Below, in pieces: positions 38,744-49,256 of a stretch of 64,000 nucleotides of DNA. This DNA comes from Podarcis gaigeae (taxonomy: Eukaryota): NCBI GenBank assembly GCA_964106915.2, contig OZ066918.1. One strand, given 5' to 3'. Below the pieces are notes generated by a model. The model had not been told where the DNA came from. It ran no database searches and saw nothing but the letters and a program-made list of their open reading frames with translations. Each line of letters starts with the position of its first letter. Within the stretch, counting starts at the first letter, position 1. The position numbers and the translations under genes were made by a program.

Positions 38744-39950
38744 CAGGCCTGGATTAAACCAAGTGGAGGCCCTGAGCTAGGAGACCTTGAGAGGCCCAAA
38801 CTTAATAGCATCTGACCATGAGAAGCAAAACATTGTTCTCTTCTTTATGTACACAATGAAAGTAGAACATTGTGGAAATTTTAGCACTGATACTAAGATT
38901 GTTTATAAATTTATAACCTTTAGTAAGTTTACAGAAGTGTGGGATTAATGAAGGCACACGGAACATTCACAGGGGAATCTCAGCTTTGTTATAACATTAC
39001 ACTATGTACAAAGTCAGAACAGTTTCTTTTGAGCTCTTTTGGATGCAAATTACCAAGTAGATAATTAAAATCAGTAAGTCACAGTATCATTTTCTATGCA
39101 GAGAATATATATATGAATATATATATATGAAAATATATATATATGAATATATATATATATATGGGCTGAAAATTTCTTTTTCAGGGTGCTCTTGTTTGAC
39201 ATGCATGTGGAAGTGCAAGAATTCATCAACTAGACTAAGTTCCACATCCTTTGGATACCCTTGCATCAAATTTTAAAAAATGCCAGCTACACCCCTACAG
39301 ACTGTTGCTCTTCTGTCTAGGCTGGCTTCAAGAGCATCCATAACAGGGATAAATGAATTTACCCTAAACTTGTTTCTTGGAAAAAGTTTGTCTAAGGCTT
39401 TGGGTGCTGTCCCATCCTTGGTCCCCCCCACTACTTTCTGCCTTCTTTTGGCAGTTTTGTGCTCAGGATCGAGTAAATTTTGCTTGCTGTTCAATTTCAT
39501 CAACATTAATCCACGTGTTTGATATGAACTGCAATAGTGTCTAACAGAGAAAGACGTTCTCCAAGCCAATGTGGTCACTTATATTCACACTGCACCTGTT
39601 ATGTGACTCGTTTGCACATACCCTTAGTGACACTCTCAGGTGAATGTACGAACTATCTCCACTGGAAAAATATTGTGTTTGAGCTGACATACATGGCTCA
39701 GTAACTGGGCCAGTTAAAGAAATAAAAACAAACACTTTCCCTAGTCATTGTTTCTCATGCTCAATATAGTCCTTCTGCCTTCTGTGTCATTTTATAAAAT
39801 TTATCCTACATTCATGTTACAATATGATGGTGCATTTCATTTGCCCTTGAGTTCTGGTGCCCCGAGAGAAAATTTGTAGCATTCTTCAGGAACCACTCTT
39901 CTATGAAGCATCATTCAGCCACTAAGTCTGTACAAGGTTTTATGTGAACA
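38744..39950 (-). mobile_element. Decayed hAT (Tip100/ZMYM1-like) transposase remnant
   Basis: Broken minus-strand peptides FRVNSFIPVMDALEASLDRR and YPKDVELSLVDEFLHF resemble the C-terminal half of hAT transposases. TIR-like CAGGCCTGGATTAA...GAGGCCC at 38744. Left and right limits are approximate. Confidence 0.55.
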
Positions 39951-40311
39951 GGTGCTGAGATTCTGGAGGGATAAAGAGCTGATGTTTGAGATGTTACGAT
40001 AATCACTTTAGTTATTGGTCTTCAGTGGCCTAGAAATCCTTCACATTGTGGATCCAAGTTTGCCTTTCCAATAAAGCGAAGGAATTTTCCTCCAAGTTCC
40101 CTTCTTAAAAGCATGACCCTTAGCATCTGTCTGGCTCCAAACCAGTGTTGTTGTAGTGGGCGGTCTCTCCTATAGGCTGTTTCCCCCTCTGCCGGAACGC
40201 TGACCACATTGTTATCTGCCCAGTATCCTGTAGCCACAGAGACCCCTTCCAGACTTTGGTTTGGAGAGTAGTTCCACGCCTCTTCACCCTCCCTCCACAC
40301 ACTCTCCAAGT

Positions 40312-40497
40312 TGAATGGCCTATTAGGGAGCCCCTTTGTGATGTAATTGGATTTCTCCTCTTGTTAGTTTGCAATGAAAATGTCATCTAGATCAAGGGAG
40401 GGGCCCATTCATTGCAAATTAAATTCAGTCATCTCTTTGGTGAGCTGTGAACCTTCACACTGCAGGAAGCAGCTGCAACTGGAGGTGCCCTTGACAA
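40312..40497 (+). repeat. Inverted duplication, arm A
   Basis: Reverse complement of 52639-52826, ~85% identical by manual alignment. Confidence 0.9.
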
Positions 40498-40774
40498 AAG
40501 CAGCTCTGTGAGCAAAGCCCACCTCATTCCTGCCAAGTTAGTCCACTCTCTTCTGCAAGCCCTTCCAATCCAGAGAAATTAGATGCCTGGCTTGCCCCAG
40601 TTTTGATATGGAAGCTGCCTCAATTGCCATATTTTAAACTGGTTCCAGTACAGTCTGGTAGGTCTTGGAGGCTGGGTGACACACCAGGATGTCCTAAGTT
40701 CAAATGTCACCTCTGCAATGAACTGACTAGCTGGCCTAAGGGAAGCTGTTTCTCAGCCACAATACTCCCATCCT

Positions 40775-40897
40775 GTCATGCTGGCCACATGACCTGGAAG
40801 CTGTATGCCGGCTCCCTCGGCCAATAAAGCGAGATGAGCGCCGCAACCCCAGAGTCGGCCACGACTGGACCTAATGGTCAGGGGTCCCTTTACCTTT
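40775..40897 (+). mobile_element. Sauria SINE 3' fragment
   Basis: GTCATGCTGGCCACATGACC...GGGGTCCCTTTACCTTT, same family as the 10307 copy. Confidence 0.85.
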
Positions 40898-41530
40898 ATC
40901 TAACAGGTTAGTTAAAAGGCTTACAAGATAATGTTCATGTGAAACACTTTGAAGAACCTCAAGTGAAGTACTTTACAAATGCTAACAAGAGAGGTGGGGA
41001 GGCATGCCTGATCTACTTTGGTTTTTACAAAAACTCCAGGATCCAGGAACCAGAGCCAGGAACAAAGGGCATACAGTTAGCATTAAGGAACAGAGTGCCC
41101 CTGAATTCATTGTAGACTAGGAATTTGTATTTGGTATTAAAACTGAACTGAGCTCACTACTGTTTCATACAAGACATCCACTCCTGCTTAGCTCTCTTCA
41201 TTTCAGCCGCATTATTTAGGTGGAATAAACAGTTTTGGTGTTGTTGCTACAGTATTAAAACTACTGGGAATCAGAAACCCTTGCTGAGCTACTGTAAACC
41301 ACTAATTTACTAATTAAATTAAATCTACTAATAAACTTCAATGCACCTTCTGGCCACTCTGATATACAATATACTATGATTGCCAAGGGCACTTCTGATA
41401 CAACTGCTTGTCTTGGTTTATAAAATATTGCCTGTGAATCTCTCTCATGATGAAAGCCATGGTGCCAGCCAGAAGAGCTAAATCTCTGTGCTTACTTCTG
41501 AGTTAGGCACTTGAATGCCAGTCCACTTTT

Positions 41531-42603
41531 TTTAAAAAATAATTTTTATTAACTGGCCAATCACATCAAATTAAATCACATCACATAAATTCCAAATTAC
41601 AAAGCCAAATTTTTAAATTTTGTTGGGGGAACCCATACTTCAAGATCCAAAGGGAGATTCAGATCATCCTCTTATTACTGTGTTAATGTCCAAATCAGTC
41701 CTGATCAGTCCAGACAAAGTTCATAATTCTATCCAGTCTTATCTTGGTGTTTCCACATCATATCTTGTTCATATAATTTCTATTTTTCCTTTACGATCTC
41801 TTCTGTTAGTCTCCTTAAGCTGATAAGCAAAATAATAATCCTGTGTGGAATTCCCGTTCCTCCACTAAGTCCAGATGGTTTCCATATATATCCTTCGTAG
41901 ATAACATCGCTCTTTCCATCATAAATTTGGCATTTGTTGCTCTTAAGTCCCACCGAGGAGTTGATCCACGATATGTAAACAACTCTATTTCTCTCTTTCT
42001 CCTCCCAGACCCAAGAGCTCCAACAACGCCTCCCAAAATGGCAACGGCATTTTTAACTGCGTCATTCCAAAACTCTTAGCTTTCCAGCTTCATCTTGAAA
42101 CATTGCTTTGGTCCGAAAGTTTATCTCCACACAGCCTTAAATCCACAGCTTAAGTCCTTAATTTCTGACTCATTAGTCATTAGATACGGTCATTTGTCGT
42201 ACCGTATCTTGACGTATCTTCTCATATTTTATTCTTGTCTTGTTATCAGAGATCTCTTCTGTCAGCAGTCTTTACTCCCCTTTTTTCTTGAAGCATGTGC
42301 AATTTATCTCGTCCAAATTGTTTCTTTTGAAGATGCTTACAACTAGCAGCGCGGATCAGGGACGGCGTCCAGGAGTGCCAGAATCCCACAGGAGGGCTTT
42401 GTGCCTAGTGCCCCCACCCCCACAAATGCGGGGGTGGTATAGGGCACAGCAGGCAAGGGCCGTCCCCCCCCCACAATCCTGGGGGAGGGGTTAAGGGGGC
42501 TAATTACCCCCATCATAGCCTCCAAATTACCTCGTGTGGGTCAGAGAGATGTTATTGTCAGCCATCTTCCGATGCGCCACCTAGTGGCCCCCTCCAAGAG
42601 CTA
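41531..42603 (-). mobile_element. Retroposed non-autonomous element (L1-machinery signature)
   Basis: 18-bp TSD GAATGCCAGTCCACTTTT at 41513-41530 and 42604-42621. AATAAA (+ strand TTTATT 41545-41550) followed by an A-rich end. GC-rich 5' end. Confidence 0.8.
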
Positions 42604-42821
42604 GAATGCCAGTCCACTTTTAGCAGTACCTGTGCCTGACCTGTAAGCAGAGCTAGAGAGGCGTTAAGAGTTGCAAGGATGAATCAATTTAATTGGAAGG
42701 GGAATCAAGTAAAGTTTTTATTTATTGGCTATTTAGGGCACAAATGTTGATTAGCAGGGGCAAATTTTAAAGCAGAGGGCTGAGACTGAAGGGAGTACTT
42801 CTTTTTAAAAGAGAAATATGG

Positions 42822-42941
42822 ACCTGGAATAGCTCAGTTGGTAGACCATGAGACTCAAGGTCACAGGTTTGAACCCCACATTGGGAAAAGATTCCTTCAT
42901 TGCAGGGAATTGGACTAGATGACCCTTCCAACTCTGTGATT
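42822..42941 (+). mobile_element. tRNA-derived SINE with CR1-type tail
   Basis: TAGCTCAGTTGGTAGA...GGTTTGAACCCC...TTGGACTAGATGACCCTTCCAACTCTGTGATT. Confidence 0.7.
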
Positions 42942-43279
42942 ACAAGTGTGTGTGTGTGTGTGTGTGCGCGCGCGCGCAATGAATATTTCAACACACCCCA
43001 AGTCTTCTCAAAACAGTTAACATCACATTGAGGGGTGTGGCAGGGGTGAGAGAAAGTGAATTGAAACAGCACAATACATTTTCACAATAATTCCTTTTGG
43101 TACAGTTGCTTTTCTTATGGATTTTCTCAGTAAGCACCTATATAAATATAGGTTTCATTTTTGTCATTATTAATATTTTGCACCTCCTCACCTTGTCGCG
43201 TTGTGCGAGGGAACCATCCGCGCTGCCCTAAATTTGTCATCTCCTTACTAACTTGATCAATGCTGGCAGAACCTACAAT

Positions 43280-43413
43280 CAGTGGCGTAGCGTGGGGGGT
43301 GCAGGGGGGGCTGGCTGCACCGGGCGCAACATCTGGGGGTTAGGGGGCGCAAATCCAAGGGTTAGGGGGCGCAGGTTACTTGCCGGGTGCTGACAACCCA
43401 CGCTACGCCTCTG
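43280..43413. mobile_element. hAT MITE with perfect 8-bp TSD
   Basis: TIRs CAGTGGCGTAGCGTGGG / CCCACGCTACGCCTCTG. TSD CCTACAAT at 43272-43279 and 43414-43421. Confidence 0.9.
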
Positions 43414-44449
43414 CCTACAATATAAGTGAGCATTCAAGTACAATTCAGGGATCAAGATTATATTTTCTAGAGCTGCATAAATGGTTTGAAAACTGAATCT
43501 CAGGAGTGTCTCTCAACAGACCAAAGGGCGTCTTGACTCTTTAGCATTCTAGTCAGCTTTAGAAGTGAGAGGTATGGGAGACTTAAAGTGCTCAAATGTG
43601 TTCCTGAAATGACTGTATTGTTTCTGAGGCATAGGGAGGGGATTAATGTTGCAATCCCAAACTTTGAGCCTGCTTTCCCTACTTTTCACCCCCCCCCCCA
43701 TTTAGCAAAGAAAGGCAGCCAAGTGTTAAAAGGATTAGTTCTGTCGTTCAGGCTCACAATGTGGGCCTACAGCAGTGTGTCTTTGTTAAAACCTATTTTG
43801 GGGTTTGTTTTGCTTCCCCCTAAGGAGGAGATGTATGCAAAGGGAGACCCCAAGAGATGGTTTTGCACTGGTGTTTCCATGAAGCAGAAACAGGCTTCAC
43901 CTAAACAAATGAGAGATATACTGGGACTGAGAAAAATTAACATGCCCTCATGCCCTTACTGTTGATTCCTGCACTTGCCCAGTGAGCAAAAATGCACACA
44001 TGCAGGCAAAGTTTCAGGTTGCCTGAATTGTACTGGAATCCCCTTTTCCCACAAAAGAAAAAGCAATGGATTTTCTACTAGGACTTCATTTAATCCATAT
44101 ATCACTTGAACCATTTTTGATGCTCACCTCTCCCCGCCAGCTCTGGTTGCTGAGAAAAAATTGTAAATGCATTAACTATATCTGCAGAAATTGTAGACTT
44201 TGGGTGGTATTCAACATTGGTACTAGTGCAAGGATTAACTCCAGTGCAGCAGGATTCCCCACTCTCCTCTTATGGCAACTGGCCCATGCCACCCTCAAAT
44301 CCACTCCAGAGGATTAAGGGAACTCTGAGAACAGATTTAGGGGGCACACAGGGGAAGGAGAGGGAGAAACCATTCCATTGTGCGTGGACGAAACTAGGCT
44401 TTATTTTACCCGGGTCAAAGACCGAGTTTGGCACACTCCCACACACATT

Positions 44450-44480
<31 letters not shown>

Positions 44481-45099
44481 GGGCTGGGAGTCTCAATGGT
44501 GCCCCCCTGGAGGCTTCACCATGGTAAAAAAATCTGGCTACCCCCCCCACCCCCATAGCTACAGCTCTGCATTGTGAAAGGATAGGGGGAAGTGGGGCAG
44601 ATTGATGCAGAAAAATTCAGTCTCATATTTTATGTAACAAAATGTGTCAAATAATTAAAAAAACGCTTTATCAATATTTGCTAATCAATATTATAATAGC
44701 AATCGAAAGAACAATTAAAGTTAGACGATAATGAGAATATAATGACATGAGTGAAAAATGGGTTTTGTATCATTCTGCCCCACCTACGGGGCACTTTGAA
44801 ACAGTGGATGGGGCAAAGCGTAAATTGTATGAGAATGATAAATTATTGTAATTTATTTACAAAATTGTAAATTTGCAGAAATTTAATGAAAAACAATTTT
44901 TATTGTGAGAGATCATAACCAGCCTTACAATTCGTTAATAGGAATCCTATTCGGAATAAAGGAATTTCCCTTAAAAAAAGCGAAACGTTGACAGCTATGA
45001 TGACCACGTAGAGGAAAAAAAGAGTGCAAGTCTCCTGAACCTTCAGAAGAGTAAAATGTCAACAGGTATATTGTGCACCTGTTGCAATTTTCTCTTCTA

Positions 45100-45560
45100 C
45101 CCAGCGGTTAAAGGTGCAGGGGGAGCCCTGCCTTCCTTTCCCCCCTTTTACCGGGGGGCGGGCGAGGAACACGCGGCCATCCAGAGGTCGGCTGGACCTC
45201 CCACCAGCCGCAGACAAAACATCTGGAAGGCCCTGGTCCAGCAGAACTTCCTTGCGTCCGCCAGTGCCAGCTCTCTTGCCGTCGAGCAACCTGCAGTTCA
45301 CGGAGGGCGCCTGAGGAGGGAGGTGCTCAGGTTTTGCAAATGCTTCTCGCCGCAGGATCTTGCTTTGCGCCTCTCCCTTCCCTCTCCTGCTTGCAACTTC
45401 CGGCGCCGACAGCCTGTAGGAAGTTGCCAAGCTTTAGTTGTGTCACAGTCGAGAGGAAGCAGCTGGAGGAGCAGCAGCCGGAGACGTTTTGCACCAGCCG
45501 GAGGGGGAGAAAAAGAGGCGAGTGGTGCATCTCTAACTGCTCCTTCAGCCCTCCCACCCC
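45100..45560 (+). promoter_or_regulatory. Probable FAM241B CpG-island promoter and non-coding exon 1
   Basis: Local CpG enrichment, GC box GGGGCGGGCG ~45155, ETS/GABP motif ACTTCCGG 45396-45403. Lies ~1.9 kb upstream of the first coding exon. No TATA box seen. Confidence 0.6.
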
Positions 45561-47390
45561 GCCGCCAGTTTTTTTTTGCTTTATCCTCTGAAGGGGCCGC
45601 TCTGTTAGAAATGCAGAATCCTAAGATGCAGCCGAAGAAATGCGAATCCCCTTGGTTGAAGCAGGGCAGAGTTACCTGCCAGGATTTTGTTTGAGCCAAA
45701 TGCAGCGTGGGAAGTTGGTTCCTTAATCCGAGGGGGTTTGGCTGTCTGCCCTGGAGCAGCTGCAAGAATAACTGCTTTGCGAGCATGTGCAGAGTGCCCG
45801 TTTCCTTGTCAGAAGGGGTACCTTTCCTCCCAAGGCGAGGCTGGGCATTCTAGGGCACCTCACATTAAAAAACAACAACTAAGCTCTGTTATCATAACTC
45901 GTAGCAGTGAGTCCCTTAATTCTGCTACCTTTGTTTTCTGCTTGCTTGTTAACTCTTACCCATGCGAGGTAGGTCAATATTGCAACTGTAGAGCTGAGCC
46001 TGAGAGAGAAGTAGCGTGTCTAAGGCTGCCTGGTGAATTCAAGCTGTAGGTGAGACATTTTAACGGGTCTGCGGATTTTTCTAGCTTACGGCTTAATACT
46101 GTGTGAATCTGCCTGAGTGTTCTTTAGGGGAACTTGGATGTTCATCTCACTCCTGTGCTTTTGTGAAGCTGCCTTGAGTTGCCTCTGGTGAAAGGCGGTG
46201 CCTGATAAATATAATAACAAAAATAAAAGATATGCCTGGGCCATCAATCTGTAATGGTCCTCCTGACTGTAGTCGGGTCATGTATGACACCAGCATCAGA
46301 CTGTCTTGCACCATGGCATAACTGCTTTTATGGGAATGTTTCCTATTTTAGTTTGAGTGCCTAGAAATCTATATTCAGATGCAGCCCTGGGGTCTAATCA
46401 AGTGTGTGGAGCTTTCTCTAAAATCTGCCCTTTGTGATTTCTGTTAATCGTCCAAGGAATTAGAGACAGACTTTCACCTTTCTGTTTAGATATTAGGCTG
46501 CAGCCATTTGTCAGTTAATTGGATTAAACGATTAAAAGTCTTCTGACTCATCAACTGTGCAGTCCTATCCCTGCTTAGTCTGAAGTTAGCCCCATTGAAT
46601 TCAATGGGACTTGCTCCCTGCTGACTGTGCCTAGGGTCACTGCTTGAAATGGACTGTGATTATTTGTTCTCTCTCAGCTAGGAGGGATTAACTTTTCCAA
46701 GATGGTGTCTTGCGACAAATGCATGCATCATCTAAAAGCAAAGCATGCTTTTCATTTTCATTCTTATGGTGTGTGTGCCAACTTAATCGATTAAAGAGTC
46801 CTGTGATTAATCCACTTTAACTGGATGATGATGGCTCTACTGTACAGGAGTATGTGAGTCAGCCTTTCTTCTTGCTAGTCAAAGGGCTTGTCTGGTTGGG
46901 GTTTTTTTGGTAATTTGTCCCCCCCCCCCCCCGGGTTTCTATATGAATGATCCATGGAATAGATTTTTTTTTTTGCGTACAGGTAAGGATTGTGTGAAAA
47001 GTGTGATAAGTATTCCAATCTGCACTAGCCTTTGTGACCATGAAAAGAGGGGGGTCAGTATTAATTGTGGAGCAACTAATAGAGAGTATAAAAATGTGCC
47101 TTCATGCAGTGCTTTTTTTCTGGGGGTACGCATACCCCTAAACATTTTGTGAATCTAAGTTTGGTCTCATTGAGGGGTAGTATTTCAATATGAGTAGGAA
47201 AATAAGAGAACACCTAAACATTTTTATTTATTTTTTTAGAAATAAAGCACTGCCTTCATGTATATTAATTTGATATGTCCCCGCTTCTCTAAACTGCACT
47301 CCTTTCCCTAAGACAACAGTTGGAGCTTGTTCAAAACTCTTTTCTTTTTTATGTTAACAGGGGTGGCAAAACAAACACCACCACTTAAAG

Positions 47391-47483
47391 ATGGTGCGGA
47401 TTTTGGCCAACGGCGACATCGTACAAGACGATGACCCTCGAGTGCGGCAGAGCACTCAGAACAGAGGAACCTCCTCTCGGCCG
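47391..47483 (+). CDS. FAM241B: FAM241B (C10orf35) first coding exon, MVRILANGDIVQDDDPRVRQSTQNRGTSSRP
   Basis: Hand translation matches the FAM241 N-terminus MVRILANG(E/D)IVQDDDPRVR. Acceptor ttttttatgttaacag|47361. Phase-0 donor CCG|GTGAG at 47483/47484. Too short to appear in the ORF track. Confidence 0.93.
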
Positions 47484-48977
47484 GTGAGGAGAAGACCTTT
47501 ATGTGGTGTTTCAGTTTTGCTGGGAATTATTATATGAGGAACTTGAAAGGCTTCAATATTCCTGTTGCAAATGGATGCTTAATTCTGAAGTTTGGTGAAT
47601 CTGTTCAAAGATTACCCTTTTAAGTACATGTGCATGTTTCCTCTAAAGTAAATTTGCAAAATTGAGCCAGGATTGCTTCCAAGTAAGCATGCACAGAATT
47701 GCATTTGGGCACTGTAATCTGAACCACCTTTGTACTGAACTTGAGATGGAGAGGGGGAGTTGGACTGGACCACAGTTCCTAACCCTGCCAGTCACTGCCC
47801 ATGTAGAGTTCCCTATTCCATATGCAAATATGCAGGCTGTCCGGTGAGATTCCTGAGGTGGCAGCCTGCAGAAAGACCCAATATGGGGTCCTCCAGGGGC
47901 AGGAAGGAGAAACTTGCTGGATCCTGAGTCGTCCCCACTGCTGTCACTGGTGCAGCAGATTTGCCTACCCTTCTGGCCTGACTGCCACGATCAGCAGGGC
48001 TGTGGATGCTGTAGGGCCTATGTTGCTGCCTAGCCAGGGTTCACATGGCAGGCTTAGTTGTGAATCATCAATACTAATAGGGGTTTTAGTTCTCTGAAGT
48101 CATTGCATATCAAAAACAACACCATTCTCATCCTAGAGGGGTTATCAACAGATTCAGGGAAACACCAAGGTTTGTAGATGTGTGTTCAAAAGAAAAGCCT
48201 TGGGTGGGTGGGGTGGGAAAGATTAAGGGGGGGGGAGAGAGGAGGCCAAAAAACAGTTTGGTGAGTACTGACTATGCTCACTGGTCACAAAATACTGACT
48301 TGATTATTTGGAGCAGGAGTGGGACATTGTCAGAGGAGTTTGTCAGTCCTTCTCCACAGGCAACCCTAGAAATTTTAGTTCTTTGAGGGGGGAACAGCAG
48401 CTCTCAGCAGCCTTGATGAATTACGATTCCCATAACTCTTTGGGGGAAGCCATGACTGAAAAAGCTGTATGATACTGCTTCAAATGTATAGTGCAAATGA
48501 AACCAGGGACAGAACATGAGGGAGGAATGGGAGGAGGGTGGGATATCCTGAAAACAGGAGTAATCCACACTGCAGCATTTTGTTTCTGGCTCCATTTCTG
48601 TGTAGGCGGGGAGCCTTCTTTGGCATCTTAAGTCCAGCTGTCATAGATAGGATTGCAGGCTTACTGTTTCTTAAACCATGTTTTGTTTTGTTTTTTAATT
48701 AAGTTTTCTGCTGCATTTTACTGCCTTGCACTATTTTTAAGGATGAGGTGGAAATTAAAAATATTTTTAAACGTCTGTGGAATGTGCTCACTGAAGAGGC
48801 TTGTAAGTTTTTGTGTTGTCTCCTCATTTCTTAAAACTCTCTATGGTAGTACCTGCTCTTTGGAATCTATGAACCACCCAAATGGCTGCATTTCCGGCTC
48901 TTTCTGGCTTTTACTGTATCTGTCAAACTGGATCCGGCACTATGAATTCACTCTGTTTCTCTGGGGTTCCTCTGCAG

Positions 48978-49256
48978 GGTTTTTTCAACATGAACGCAGG
49001 CCCTGCTCCACAACAACACTACCGCCAACAGCAGCAGCAGCAGCCTCAGGATGCAGCAAGGCCAGGGGAGCGCTCACTGCTTTCAGACATCAATCAACAG
49101 TTGGTGAACATGGGATTCCTCACGTGGAACCTTGGAAACCAGGTGGTGGAGCCAGTCATGTCCATCCTGCTGCTGCTCCTTCTCATGATGGTTGGCGTGC
49201 GTGGCCTACTCTTGGTGGGCCTCATCTACGTTGTCTCTCACTTAAGCCAGCGATGA
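48978..49256 (+). CDS. FAM241B: FAM241B last coding exon (GFFNMN...LVNMGF.W.LGNQVVEPVMSILLLLLLMMVGVRGLLLVGLIYVVSHLSQR*); spliced protein 123 aa, with a hydrophobic C-terminal segment
   Basis: Acceptor ttcctctgcag|48978 is in frame with the upstream exon. C-terminal hydrophobic segment and SHLSQR end match human FAM241B as I recall it. Confidence 0.94.
   Translation, partial: GFFNMNAGPAPQQHYRQQQQQQPQDAARPGERSLLSDINQQLVNMGFLTWNLGNQVVEPVMSILLLLLLMMVGVRGLLLVGLIYVVSHLSQR

Noticed and set aside
40120-40386. Paralogous small proteins (MTFS.QTNK.RNPIT) at 40120-40386 and 52752-52979
   Set aside because: The similarity simply reflects the DNA-level inverted duplication. The frames diverge after ~25 codons.
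45056-45786. 212-aa and 162-aa ORFs at the FAM241B promoter
   Set aside because: GC-rich island artefacts with no homology that I recognise.
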